Assembly: GCA_028718635.1 (NCBI GenBank)
Contig: JAQULK010000001.1
Coordinates: forward strand, 479,755-543,754
Length of the DNA stretch: 64,000 bases
Reading direction: 5' to 3'
Source: Minisyncoccota bacterium
Lineage (GTDB): Bacteria > Patescibacteriota > Minisyncoccia > Phycocordibacterales > UBA9973
Part shown: positions 1 to 9,006 of the stretch, in pieces
Position numbering within the stretch: position 1 is the first letter of the stretch
Layout: each line of letters begins with the position of its first letter
Program-made: the position numbers and the translations under genes
The notes under the pieces: model-generated
The model's database searches: none
What the model was told of the DNA's origin: nothing
Seen by the model: the letters and a program-made list of their open reading frames with translations, nothing else

Positions 1-1640
1 CCTGATTTGATGGCGAGGATGGCAGGGTCATTTTCATTTTTTGTTTGGATAATAATTTTTTCTTCAGTGTTTTCGATTATGGAAAGTATGATTTGAATGA
101 TTTTTTCTCCCATTTTAAAATTTGGAATGCTCCAAAGTGAATCAAAAGAAGCCACGATAGAAAGCGGAATCTTGTCTTTGAGATAAAAAAATGCCATTTC
201 TGTGCCCATGAGAATTGCTCCTCCGCTTTCAGCAGAAAATTCCCTTATAATTTTTTTCGCTCCAGCTGCTGTTTTTGCTGATTCTTTATCCAGCTTAAAA
301 ATTTTTATTTTCGGCTCGCCCGTAGGGCTATGCCCGAGGTGAAAAGTCTTCTCTATTTCTTCAAATACAGTATCGGTGCCGATGCCGAGAGGCAGCAGAT
401 TCCAGCTTCCACAAGAAACGCAAGCTACGTCTCCCTCTTTGTTCATCTCACATCTATTGCATATAAACATTCTTTTTTTGTTTTGGTGAGAACTATAAAG
501 GACTAGGGGTGCTTTGCATTTTTCACAACTTACTATTTCATTGCAGTCTTTGCACAGAGTCATGGTTGCCAAACCTTTTCGGAGAGTAAAAATGAAGATC
601 TTCTTTTTATTTTCAAGCGTAGATTTTATTTCTTTTATACTTTCGTCATTAAATATTTGGAATTTTTTATTATCTTTTTTTTCCCCGCCTGCCAATTGGC
701 GAGCGGGTTTTCCTAAAACCTCTATTTTTCCATTAAAATCAATTCTAAAAGACAATGGATATAAGGAATTAAAATTACCAATATCTTTTCTCCCTATTGT
801 CTCGTAACGTAGGATCTTATCAGCCATTACAAATCTTGCATTTATTTTTGAAGCATAAATTTCTACAAAAACTCTTAAATCAATATGAGTCTTATTCATC
901 ATCCTATAAGCATTCGAATTTTCATGTTCTAAAATTATAGTGCCAATGTCTTTTTTAGGAATAGATAGAAATATCGGAGTACAAATGATCAGGACCGGAT
1001 GAGTTGAGTTCACAATTTTCTCATAAGTTGCTAAATTTTTTTTAGCACTTATTCCGCCGTGCAAAGAAAAAGTGAATTGTTCAATTCCTTTTGATAATTG
1101 ATCAGTAAATTTTTCTATATCTGTCTCTGTTGGCAGAATCATAAAGATAGATTTATTTCTAGCAAAGGATTCACGAACCAGAGTTTTATATATAGAGATG
1201 CGGTCTCTTAATGGATATTGAAACAATAACTTCTCTGCTTTCAACTTTAATGTTGATCTTTGTGCAGGCTCGGCTCGTACATTTTGCAACCTGGCAATCT
1301 TGTCGTATTCTTCTATAAAAATATTTGGAATTAATGAAGAAATAGTGCTGTTTTTATTTTGAGCAAAATATTTACTTGTATCAAAAATCGTATCTAAAAA
1401 TTCTTTTAAAAAAACTGAACTCCCTTTATCTTTTGAGACTTTTCTAAGATTAAAATTCATTTTTCGTACATTGCTTTTTTCTGCTTTTAATTCTTCACTC
1501 GCGGTAACCAATGCCAAGGTTTCTTTATTTCTTATTGAAACAGACACAATGTTTCCAACATTTATATTTGAATTGGTAAAATAAGTTAAATCACCACTCG
1601 GGACACTTTTTTTAAGCGGTATTATAGATATTATTTTCAT
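1..1640 (-). CDS. priA: primosomal protein N' (PriA), 5' portion; gene runs off left window edge
   Basis: Hand translation of minus strand from ATG (plus 1638-1640) gives MKIISIIPLKKSVPSGDLTYF... open to position 1. Contains PriA-type Cys-rich zinc-binding insert (CKDCNEIVSCEKCKAPL...CNRCE...CVSCGS) followed by GIGTDTVFEEIEK. Absent from ORF track because no in-window stop. Confidence 0.5.
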   Translation of the reverse strand, partial: MKIISIIPLKKSVPSGDLTYFTNSNINVGNIVSVSIRNKETLALVTASEELKAEKSNVRKMNFNLRKVSKDKGSSVFLKEFLDTIFDTSKYFAQNKNSTISSLIPNIFIEEYDKIARLQNVRAEPAQRSTLKLKAEKLLFQYPLRDRISIYKTLVRESFARNKSIFMILPTETDIEKFTDQLSKGIEQFTFSLHGGISAKKNLATYEKIVNSTHPVLIICTPIFLSIPKKDIGTIILEHENSNAYRMMNKTHIDLRVFVEIYASKINARFVMADKILRYETIGRKDIGNFNSLYPLSFRIDFNGKIEVLGKPARQLAGGEKKDNKKFQIFNDESIKEIKSTLENKKKIFIFTLRKGLATMTLCKDCNEIVSCEKCKAPLVLYSSHQNKKRMFICNRCEMNKEGDVACVSCGSWNLLPLGIGTDTVFEEIEKTFHLGHSPTGEPKIKIFKLDKESAKTAAGAKKIIREFSAESGGAILMGTEMAFFYLKDKIPLSIVASFDSLWSIPNFKMGEKIIQIILSIIENTEEKIIIQTKNENDPAILAIKS

Positions 1641-1679
1641 ATAATTTATGTTTCATTCTAGCATAAAAATGTGTTATAC

Positions 1680-1718
1680 CCCCACACCTATTTCCTTGAT
1701 TTTAAATAGGTGTGGGGG
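1680..1718. other. 12-bp-stem hairpin (cccacacctatt / aataggtgtggg) in priA-mreB divergent intergenic region
   Basis: Perfect inverted repeat read directly from sequence; no T-run typical of terminator on either side. Confidence 0.3.
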
Positions 1719-1736
1719 TATATTGCTTCTATGGGT

Positions 1737-1818
1737 CCTGTTAGAAACCGCGGTCGCAATTTAATAGAAATAATCAAAACTAGTCACGGCTTTTTGACCG
1801 CGACCTGTTTCTAACGGG
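1737..1818. mobile_element. MITE-like inverted-repeat element (TIR CCTGTTAGAAAC / GTTTCTAACGGG) abutting mreB start codon
   Basis: Arms CCTGTTAGAAACcgcGGTCGC and GACCgcGACCtGTTTCTAACGGG are complementary over ~18 bp. The right arm ends immediately before ATG of mreB. Same TIR core as element at 3557-3687. Confidence 0.3.
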
Positions 1819-2832
1819 ATGGCATTCTTTTCAAATAAATTAGGGATAGATTTAGGAACGGCTAATACGCTGGTATTTATGCCTGGTAAAGGCATCGTTT
1901 TAAACGAGCCTTCAGTTGTGGCAGTTTCTGAACAAGATAATAAAATTATAGCGATTGGTTTTGAAGCAAAAGACATGATAGGTAAAACCCCGGAATCTAT
2001 TATTACTTATTGTCCAATGAAAGATGGAGTTATAGCAGACTATCGAGTTACTGAAGCAATGCTCCGTTATTTTATTGGGAAAGCGATGGGTAAATTTAAT
2101 TTTTTTAAACCCGATGTAATGATTTCTGTTCCTGCTGGGGTGACTTCTACTGAAAGAAGAGCTGTGATTGAAGCAGCGATACGTGCCGGAGCTAAAAATG
2201 CTTATGTGGTTAAAGAGCCGATATTGGCGGCGATTGGCGCAGGGATTCCAATTTATGAATCTAAAGGCTATATGGTTGTAGACATTGGCGGAGGCACGAC
2301 AGATGTGGCAGTAATTTCACTTGGGGGAATTGTATCTTCTACTTCAGTAAAGTGCGCCGGAAATAAAATAGATCAAGCCATAGCAGATTATATTAAAAAG
2401 ACTTTTAACTTAGCGATCGGTGATAGAACCGCCGAAGAGGTAAAAATTAAAATTGGTGCGGCTGTTCTTTTAGAAGAAGAGCTTCGTGTTACCATAAAAG
2501 GCAGAGATTTTATCCAAGGATTGCCGAGAAGCGCCCAGGTGGGGACTAATGAAATTGCCAAGGCAATAAATGATGAATTGAAACAAATAATAAAAGCTAT
2601 TAAAGATGTCCTTCAAGAAACTCCTCCAGAGCTCGCTTCAGATATTATTGACCATGGGATCATTATGACCGGCGGTTCTTCTCAATTAAGAAATCTTACA
2701 GATTTGGTTTATAGAAAAACCGGAGTCAAAGCTACCCTGGCTGAAGATGCTCTTTTTTGTGTGGTGAAAGGCACAGGCATAGCTCTCGAGCATTTAGATG
2801 TTTATAAAAAAACAGTTTTAAGTAAAAAGTAG
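1819..2832 (+). CDS. mreB: rod shape-determining protein MreB (actin-like ATPase)
   Basis: LGIDLGTANTLV N-terminus, DIGGGTTDVAV phosphate-2 motif, full-length MreB/Mbl similarity. Confidence 0.9.
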   Translation: MAFFSNKLGIDLGTANTLVFMPGKGIVLNEPSVVAVSEQDNKIIAIGFEAKDMIGKTPESIITYCPMKDGVIADYRVTEAMLRYFIGKAMGKFNFFKPDVMISVPAGVTSTERRAVIEAAIRAGAKNAYVVKEPILAAIGAGIPIYESKGYMVVDIGGGTTDVAVISLGGIVSSTSVKCAGNKIDQAIADYIKKTFNLAIGDRTAEEVKIKIGAAVLLEEELRVTIKGRDFIQGLPRSAQVGTNEIAKAINDELKQIIKAIKDVLQETPPELASDIIDHGIIMTGGSSQLRNLTDLVYRKTGVKATLAEDALFCVVKGTGIALEHLDVYKKTVLSKK

Positions 2833-2834
2833 AA

Positions 2835-3548
2835 ATGAATATTTTAGAGCACTTAGATAAAAATAATTTACACCACGCATATTTGATAGAAGGCGCGCGG
2901 GAAGAAATTTTTTTAGAAATTAAGGAATTTTTAAAAAAAATTGACGTAGATACTGTCGGTAATCCTGATTTTGTCAATATTTCAATTGATAATTTCAAAA
3001 TCGATGACGCTTTTGCTTTACGTTCAATGTCGGCTGGTAAAAGTTTTTCTTCTGTAAAAAAAATATTTTTAATTTATGCTAATACTATGTCTATAGATGC
3101 TCAAAATGTTTTACTTAAAATGTTTGAAGAACCGATAGAAAATACACACTTTTTTCTAATAGTGCCGGATGCCAACTTTCTATTGAAAACTTTCATTTCT
3201 AGATTTTATTTAATTTCAGCTAGGCCTTGCCTAGATGAAGAAGAGGCGAAAGAGATAGAAAAATTTATTAAGATGCCATTAAAAAATAGAATCGATTATA
3301 TTAAAGAATTACTTGCCGTGCCTGAGGAAAAAGAGGAGGACATCGCTCCACTTGATTCTGCCCGTTCCAAAGCTTTAAGATTTTTAGATGCATTAGAATT
3401 TGTTTTACATAAAAAAATGTCAAAGGCGGCCTTTGACATTAATCCATTTCTTCATTTTTTCAAAGTCCGAGAATTTCTTCGTATGCCAGGAAGTTCCACA
3501 AAAAGTTTGATGGAATCTGTAGCTTTAATTACACCAAATATGTTATAA
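2835..3548 (+). CDS. holB: DNA polymerase III delta-prime subunit-like (clamp loader AAA+)
   Basis: HAYLIEG motif near N-terminus typical of HolB/delta-prime; size ~237 aa; 3 bp downstream of mreB. Confidence 0.65.
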   Translation: MNILEHLDKNNLHHAYLIEGAREEIFLEIKEFLKKIDVDTVGNPDFVNISIDNFKIDDAFALRSMSAGKSFSSVKKIFLIYANTMSIDAQNVLLKMFEEPIENTHFFLIVPDANFLLKTFISRFYLISARPCLDEEEAKEIEKFIKMPLKNRIDYIKELLAVPEEKEEDIAPLDSARSKALRFLDALEFVLHKKMSKAAFDINPFLHFFKVREFLRMPGSSTKSLMESVALITPNML

Positions 3549-3556
3549 TAGGAGTA

Positions 3557-3687
3557 TGCAATCCCGTTAGAGATCGAATAGTTAAAAAATCAATCGGGTT
3601 GTAAATAAAAATATCAGCGAGTTTTGTCGAATTATTAACTTAAATTACGAGAATCTAAAGATTCTCTATCTCTAACGGGATGCAATA
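3557..3687. mobile_element. MITE-like element with 12-14 bp perfect TIRs (ATCCCGTTAGAGAT / ATCTCTAACGGGAT) flanked by direct repeat ATGCAAT; right duplicate carries frr start codon
   Basis: Left: tATGCAAT|CCCGTTAGAGAT...; right: ATCTCTAACGGG|ATGCAATata; internal ~95 nt AT-rich with secondary hairpin gagaatctaaagattctc. Confidence 0.45.
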
Positions 3688-4231
3688 TAATTTTTCAAAT
3701 TTCAAAATGGAGTTAAAAAAAGTGGGAGGATTTTTGAGTAAAGAATACAACCAACTTAACATAGGACGTGCATCACCAATGGTGCTTGATGGTATATCTG
3801 TTGAATCATACGGAACATTTCTCCCTATAAAGAATGTGGCTTCTGTGTCTATCGAGGATCCGAAAACACTTCGCATAGCTCCTTTTGATAAAACTCAAAT
3901 AAAAGGGATAGAAAAGGCGATCATCGCTTCAAATTTAGGTTTGTCGGTGGCGACTGACGACATGGGCATCAGAGTTATTTTCCCGCAACTAACGACTGAC
4001 ACCAGAAAGACTCTCGTAAAAGTTTTAAAGGAAAAACTAGAAGAACAGAGGATCGCTGTGCGCAGGGAACGCGAAACTATTTTGAGTGATATAGAGGCGA
4101 AGGAAAAAGGCGGTTCGATGACTGAGGATGAAAAGTTTCGAGCCAAGGAAGAATTGCAAAAAATTGTCAACGAAACAAATAGCAACCTGGAAGCAATTTT
4201 TGAGAAAAAAGAGCGTGAAGTAATGGGGTAG
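3680..4231 (+). CDS. frr: ribosome recycling factor
   Basis: Full-length RRF similarity (LDGISVESYG, RIAPFDK, RRERE motifs), 183 aa. Confidence 0.9.
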   Translation: MQYNFSNFKMELKKVGGFLSKEYNQLNIGRASPMVLDGISVESYGTFLPIKNVASVSIEDPKTLRIAPFDKTQIKGIEKAIIASNLGLSVATDDMGIRVIFPQLTTDTRKTLVKVLKEKLEEQRIAVRRERETILSDIEAKEKGGSMTEDEKFRAKEELQKIVNETNSNLEAIFEKKEREVMG

Positions 4232-4258
4232 AAGTCAATTACGAATTAAGAATTACGA

Positions 4259-5392
4259 ATGAGCATAATTATTTTTATAATCATCCTTCTAGTACTAGTA
4301 CTAGTTCATGAAGCTGGGCATTTTTTTACTGCGAAAGGATTCGGCATCAGGGTGGACGAATTTGGCTTTGGTTTTCCGCCGAAATTATTCAGTTTTAAAA
4401 AAGGGGAGACAGAATACAGTTTCAATTTATTGCCCTTGGGCGGTTTTGTTAGAATTTTCGGAGAGAATGTTGATGAGGCTAATTTACTGGAAGTTGGATT
4501 TTTAGATAAAGAAAATACTCCTGAAAAGATTGAATTGGAAAAAAGAAGTCTAGCAAATAAGCCAAAATGGCAGCAAGCTTCAGTGCTTTTCGCCGGAATT
4601 TTGGCTAATTTTTTATTAGCTTGGATTTTATTTTCTATTGGTTTTATGTCTGGGCTTCCGACATCGGCCGGCAGTGAACTTGCTGGTTATAAATTGCAAG
4701 ATGTGAATTTGGTAATCGTTTCCATTCTGCCGAAATCTCCTGCTGAAAATGCGGAGCTCAAAATAGGAGATAAAATCGTAAATATAAAAAATGATAATAA
4801 TTTTTCAGCCTCTATAAGTCCTGAAATTATAAAATCTTTTGTGGTTGATGGCGGAGGTAAGGAAATTGACATTGGATACACCCGAGGCAAAAATCCCGAA
4901 GTAAACATTGCCAAAATAACTCCAAAAGAAACCAACGGAGAATTTACCATCGGTATTTCGATGGATGAAATCGGTACGGCAAAATTACCCTTTTTTAGTG
5001 CGCTTTCAGAAGGGATGAAGCTAACCTGGTTTATGACCAAAAATACAGCTATAGGTCTTTTTACGCTTATTGTTGACGGGTTACGAGGGCAGGGGAGCTT
5101 TGCTTCAGTGACCGGCCCTGTCGGCATGGTTGGAATTGTGGGAGATGCTTATCAATTTGGCTTCGTCTATCTTTTATCCTTCACTGCCTTAATTTCAATA
5201 AATCTTGCAATCATAAATTTGATTCCATTTCCAGCTCTCGATGGCGGGCGGCTTTTCTTTTTATTAATTGAAAAAATAAAAGGTTCGCGCATCAATCCAA
5301 AAATTGCGAACACTTTAAATATGGTTGGTTTTAGTATTTTGATATTGCTTATGATTGTCATTACTTATCACGATGTAGTTAAATTGTTTTAA
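4259..5392 (+). CDS. rseP: RIP site-2 zinc metalloprotease RseP (M50) with PDZ domain
   Basis: HEAGHF zinc motif in first TM, PDZ-like middle, C-terminal LDGG motif. Confidence 0.85.
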   Translation: MSIIIFIIILLVLVLVHEAGHFFTAKGFGIRVDEFGFGFPPKLFSFKKGETEYSFNLLPLGGFVRIFGENVDEANLLEVGFLDKENTPEKIELEKRSLANKPKWQQASVLFAGILANFLLAWILFSIGFMSGLPTSAGSELAGYKLQDVNLVIVSILPKSPAENAELKIGDKIVNIKNDNNFSASISPEIIKSFVVDGGGKEIDIGYTRGKNPEVNIAKITPKETNGEFTIGISMDEIGTAKLPFFSALSEGMKLTWFMTKNTAIGLFTLIVDGLRGQGSFASVTGPVGMVGIVGDAYQFGFVYLLSFTALISINLAIINLIPFPALDGGRLFFLLIEKIKGSRINPKIANTLNMVGFSILILLMIVITYHDVVKLF

Positions 5393-5449
5393 CCTCTCCC
5401 CAACCCCTCTCCATATTAATGGAGAGGGGAAAGCAAGGGGTGAGGAGAA
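5393..5449. repeat. palindromic GGAGAGGGG-family element, copy a (cccctctccatattaatggagagggg + ggggtgagg tail)
   Basis: Shares stem cccctctcc/ggagagggg and 3' flank gggg(t/a)gagg with copies at 39790-39850 and 42760-42802. Confidence 0.5.
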
Positions 5450-5454
5450 TTTTT

Positions 5455-6189
5455 ATGCAAAAAACGAAATTGATTCATGAAGTCAGGGCGGTAAAAAGCA
5501 AAAAAGAACTTGCAAATATTATTAAAGCGCAAAGAATCAGCGAAAAAGTTTTGCAAGATGTTTTGAAAATTCTAAAGACTGGAGTGAGCGAAATTGAAAT
5601 CGCTAATTTTATGAAAAGATCTTTTATAAAATACAGCGCACCCATTTTATCTTTTGCACCAATTGTTTCTTTTGGTAAAAATACTGCTGATATTCATCAT
5701 GAACCCGGAAGCGCAAGGTTAAAAGAAGGTGATATGATAATGCTGGATTTTGGATGTACGGTAAACCATTATTGCTCGGATATGACGAGAACTTATTTTT
5801 GGGGAGAGCCTAATAATCGACAAAAGAAAATTTATGAAAGTGTTTTAAAAGCTCAAAATCTCGCTCTAGAAAAAATACGAAAAGGGGAGAGAAGAGGAAA
5901 AATGATAGATAAGGCAGCCAGAGATTTCTTAAATAAAAAATATGGCGCGAAGAAGTTTGCTCATGGTCTTGGTCACGGAGTCGGCACAGTTATCCACGAA
6001 TGGCCGAATTTCAAACCGAAGAGCAAAGACGTAATTCCCACAGGTTGCGTGATGACTGTAGAACCAGGGCTTTATTTTAAAGGTTTTGGCGGAGTACGTA
6101 TAGAAGATATGGTTTTAATAACCAAAAATGGTTATAAGAATCTAACAAATGTGCCGAAAGATTTTAAAAGTGTTATATTAAAATCATGA
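5455..6189 (+). CDS. M24-family metallopeptidase (methionine aminopeptidase / Xaa-Pro peptidase-like)
   Basis: DFGCTVNHYCSDMTRT and HGLGHGVGTVIHEWP metal-ligand motifs of pita-bread fold. Start set at ATG 5455 (MQKTK) because upstream part of track ORF is the palindromic element. Confidence 0.7.
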   Translation: MQKTKLIHEVRAVKSKKELANIIKAQRISEKVLQDVLKILKTGVSEIEIANFMKRSFIKYSAPILSFAPIVSFGKNTADIHHEPGSARLKEGDMIMLDFGCTVNHYCSDMTRTYFWGEPNNRQKKIYESVLKAQNLALEKIRKGERRGKMIDKAARDFLNKKYGAKKFAHGLGHGVGTVIHEWPNFKPKSKDVIPTGCVMTVEPGLYFKGFGGVRIEDMVLITKNGYKNLTNVPKDFKSVILKS

Positions 6190-7151
6190 AGAAGAAATTA
6201 AAAATCGGGGTGTTAATGGGAGGAAAATCAGCGGAGCATGAAGTGTCGCTCAAGTCAGCCAACAATGTGATTAAAGCGTTGGATGAAACAAAGTATCACA
6301 TTACTCCGATAAAAATAAACAAAGACGGAAAATTCGATTTCAACAATCTTAAAAATTTTGATGTTATTTTTCCAGTAATGCATGGACCTTTCGGTGAGGA
6401 CGGCAGTATGCAGGGTCTTTTAAAACTCGCCAGTGTTCCTTTTGTGGGGCCAGGAGTGCTCGGTTCGGCTGTCGGAATGGACAAAGATGTTACCAAAAGA
6501 CTCTTGCGAGATGCTGGTATTCCTATTGGAAAATTTATCACTGTTAAATTTGGCGACAAAATAAATTTTAGTAAAATAAAAAAAGAACTTGGTTTGCCAC
6601 TTTTTATTAAGCCAGCCAATATGGGCTCATCGGTCGGAGTTAGTAAAGTGCGAAATGAAAAAGAATTCAAAAAAGCTCTTGGTGAGGCGTTTAAGTTTGA
6701 CACTAAGGTAATTATTGAAGAATTTATCGATGGACGGGAGATAGAGTGTGCGTTGCTTGGAAATGACATGCCTATGGCATCTATCCCAGGCGAAATTATT
6801 GCCAATCAGGATTTCTATTCTTATGATGCAAAATATATTGATGAAGGATCAGTGGCAGTCATACCAGCAAAAATCGATAAAAAGACCACAAAAAGAATTC
6901 AAGAATTAGCCATCAAAACATTTCAGGCGCTTAATTGCGAAGGAATGAGCAGGGTAGATTTTTTTCTTAAAAAAAATGGGGATATTTTAGTAAATGAGAT
7001 AAATACGATTCCAGGATTTACTGATATCAGCATGTATCCTAAATTATGGGAAGCGAGCGGTGTTCCTGCCTTGAAACTTTTAGACAAGTTGCTCGAGCTT
7101 GCAATAGAAAGATTTGAAAAAGAGCAGAAATTACAAACAACAGTCAAATAA
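6186..7151 (+). CDS. ddl: D-alanine--D-alanine ligase
   Basis: IGVLMGGKSAEHEVSL N-terminus, ATP-grasp body; adjacent to alr. Confidence 0.9.
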   Translation: MKKKLKIGVLMGGKSAEHEVSLKSANNVIKALDETKYHITPIKINKDGKFDFNNLKNFDVIFPVMHGPFGEDGSMQGLLKLASVPFVGPGVLGSAVGMDKDVTKRLLRDAGIPIGKFITVKFGDKINFSKIKKELGLPLFIKPANMGSSVGVSKVRNEKEFKKALGEAFKFDTKVIIEEFIDGREIECALLGNDMPMASIPGEIIANQDFYSYDAKYIDEGSVAVIPAKIDKKTTKRIQELAIKTFQALNCEGMSRVDFFLKKNGDILVNEINTIPGFTDISMYPKLWEASGVPALKLLDKLLELAIERFEKEQKLQTTVK

Positions 7152-7153
7152 TT

Positions 7154-8302
7154 GTGAAAAAGAATTTACCCCTCTCATATACAGAGCTTTCGAAAAGAAA
7201 TTTAATTCACAATATTAAACAATTTAAAAATTTAGCCAAAAAAGGGACCCAATTCTCCGTTGCTATCAAGGGAAACGCTTATGGTCATGGACAGAATGAA
7301 GTGGCTCAAATTCTTGAGCCGTATGTGGATTATTTCCAGGTTGATAGTTTTGAAGAGTTAAGATTGTTGCGAAAAGTAAGCAAGAAAAAAGTTTTAGTTT
7401 TAGGATATATACAAAAGCTAAATTTATTAGAAGCCGTTAAACTCAGTTGTATTTTGACTGTTTTTTCAATACAGCAAATAAAGCATATATCAGCCATGGC
7501 TGATATATTAAAAATAAAACAAGAAATACATTTACCCGTAGACGCATATCTAGGACGAGAAGGATTTTTATTAGACGAATTGCCAAAAGTTTTTGGAGAA
7601 ATAAAAAAGTGCAAATTTATAAAACTCACTGGCATTTATGCGCATTTTGCAAACATTGAAGATACTTCTAATTTTACTCATGCGCAAAAGCAAATAAAAG
7701 AATATCAAAAAGCTTTAAAATTGGCAGAAAAATTTAATTTTAAAAACCTACAAACACACATATCAGCGACTTCTGGACTTTTAGCTTATGAAACAGGAAA
7801 GGGGATTCATCCAATTATACGCTTAGGTATTGGCGTTTATGGAATGTGGCCTTCTGAAAATTTGAAATTATTATACAAGAATAAAATTAATTTAAAACCA
7901 GTGTTCACTTGGAAAACAAAAATAGCGCAAATTAAAATAATGCCCTCGGGGAGAACTATCGGCTATGGATTGACCTATAAAACAAAAAAAGAAACCAAGA
8001 TTGCCATTATTCCTCAAGGCTACGCAGACGGATTTGATCGAGGTTTTTCCAATAATGGCGTAGTGCTGATCAAGGGTACTCGATGCAAAATTTTAGGCAG
8101 AGTGTCTATGAATATGTTTACAGTAGATGTGAGCCATCTGAAGGGTGTTAGAATGGAAGATGAAGTGGTACTTTTGGGAAAACAGGGTAAAAGTGAAATT
8201 ACTGCAGAAGAAATGGCAAAAAGAATTAATACTATTAATTATGAGATGACCACGCGGATAAGTGCATTGCTACCAAGAATTATTGTGAATTACGAAACAT
8301 AA
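7154..8302 (+). CDS. alr: alanine racemase (GTG start)
   Basis: AIKGNAYGHG PLP-lysine motif; last five codons and stop lie inside 112-bp repeat copy 1. Confidence 0.85.
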   Translation: MKKNLPLSYTELSKRNLIHNIKQFKNLAKKGTQFSVAIKGNAYGHGQNEVAQILEPYVDYFQVDSFEELRLLRKVSKKKVLVLGYIQKLNLLEAVKLSCILTVFSIQQIKHISAMADILKIKQEIHLPVDAYLGREGFLLDELPKVFGEIKKCKFIKLTGIYAHFANIEDTSNFTHAQKQIKEYQKALKLAEKFNFKNLQTHISATSGLLAYETGKGIHPIIRLGIGVYGMWPSENLKLLYKNKINLKPVFTWKTKIAQIKIMPSGRTIGYGLTYKTKKETKIAIIPQGYADGFDRGFSNNGVVLIKGTRCKILGRVSMNMFTVDVSHLKGVRMEDEVVLLGKQGKSEITAEEMAKRINTINYEMTTRISALLPRIIVNYET

Positions 8303-8397
8303 ACTTTTCTCCGGTACGGATTTTTCGAAGCTTGAAAAATCCTGAAGTTCTCGCGCCGCCGCGCTCGAAACCCTTGCGAAAAGTTATGTTTCGTAAT
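8286..8397. repeat. ~112-bp palindromic intergenic repeat, copy 1 (orientation A)
   Basis: gaattacgaaacataaacttttc...ggatttttcgaagcttgaaaaatcc...cgcgccgccgcgctcgaaac...gaaaagttatgtttcgtaattc; six copies in window. Confidence 0.75.
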
Positions 8398-8438
8398 TCA
8401 AGCTTGCTTTTTAAGCTTTTTTATATTAATCTATAAGT

Positions 8439-8597
8439 ATGTCACAAGATAGACTTATAAAACTTGCTTGCGGAACTTGCAAACGCATAAATTACTGGTC
8501 CAGCAAGAACAAAAAACTCGTTACTAAAAAAATCGAGCTTAAAAAATATTGCAAATGGTGCAAAAAGCAGACGAAGCATAAGGAGGTTAAAAAGTAG
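8439..8597 (+). CDS. rpmG: 50S ribosomal protein L33
   Basis: Hand-translated 52 aa MSQDRLIKLACGTCKRINYWSSKNKKLVTKKIELKKYCKWCKKQTKHKEVKK; Cys4 zinc ribbon; too short for ORF track; canonical position upstream of tRNA-Trp. Confidence 0.8.
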   Translation: MSQDRLIKLACGTCKRINYWSSKNKKLVTKKIELKKYCKWCKKQTKHKEVKK

Positions 8598-8667
8598 ATT
8601 TCAGATAGATTTTTTACTTATTTATGTTACACTTTAAACGACCTTACAAAGGATCGTTTTGTTTATT

Positions 8668-8738
8668 GGGTCTATAGTTCAGTGGTAGAATAGCGGTCTC
8701 CAAAACCGTTGACCGAGGTTCGAATCCTCGTGGACCCG
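8668..8738 (+). tRNA. tRNA-Trp (anticodon CCA)
   Basis: Cloverleaf folded by hand: acceptor GGGTCTA/TGGACCC, D arm GTTC..GAAT, anticodon stem GCGGT/ACCGT with loop CTCCAAA, T arm CGAGG TTCGAAT CCTCG; CCA not encoded. Confidence 0.85.
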
Positions 8739-8739
8739 C

Positions 8740-9006
8740 ATGGAAGAAAGGATTCAAAAACTAGAGAAAGAAATTGAAGAAATAAAACAAAGGAATTTAA
8801 GGGTGGAAGGGGATAAGGCTTGGGAAACTAGCTATTTTCGAGTACTTTTAATTTCAGGAATCATTTATGTAGTGGCAGTGAAAGTTTTGTATTTTATTGG
8901 AAATAATAATTATTTTTTAAATGCCCTTGTTCCGCCGATAGGGTATTTTATTTCTGTGCAATCTTTGCCTTTTGTTAAAAAATGGTGGATTAAATCAAAG
9001 TCTTAG
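8740..9006 (+). CDS. small membrane protein (coiled N-terminus + 2 TM), unknown function
   Basis: ORF begins directly after tRNA-Trp; hydrophobic segments; no recognisable SecE motifs despite secE-like position. Confidence 0.3.
   Translation: MEERIQKLEKEIEEIKQRNLRVEGDKAWETSYFRVLLISGIIYVVAVKVLYFIGNNNYFLNALVPPIGYFISVQSLPFVKKWWIKSKS

Noticed and set aside
514-807. 97-aa plus-strand ORF
   Set aside because: It lies antisense within the PriA coding region (minus strand), which has strong PriA-like features, and its sequence is low-complexity
1761-1976. 71-aa minus-strand ORF overlapping the mreB start
   Set aside because: It is antisense to the well-supported mreB 5' end and the intergenic inverted-repeat element, and has no support
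8740-9006. Calling the ORF after tRNA-Trp SecE
   Set aside because: The position is suggestive, but no SecE-like conserved segment is seen and no nusG follows. It is kept as a hypothetical membrane protein
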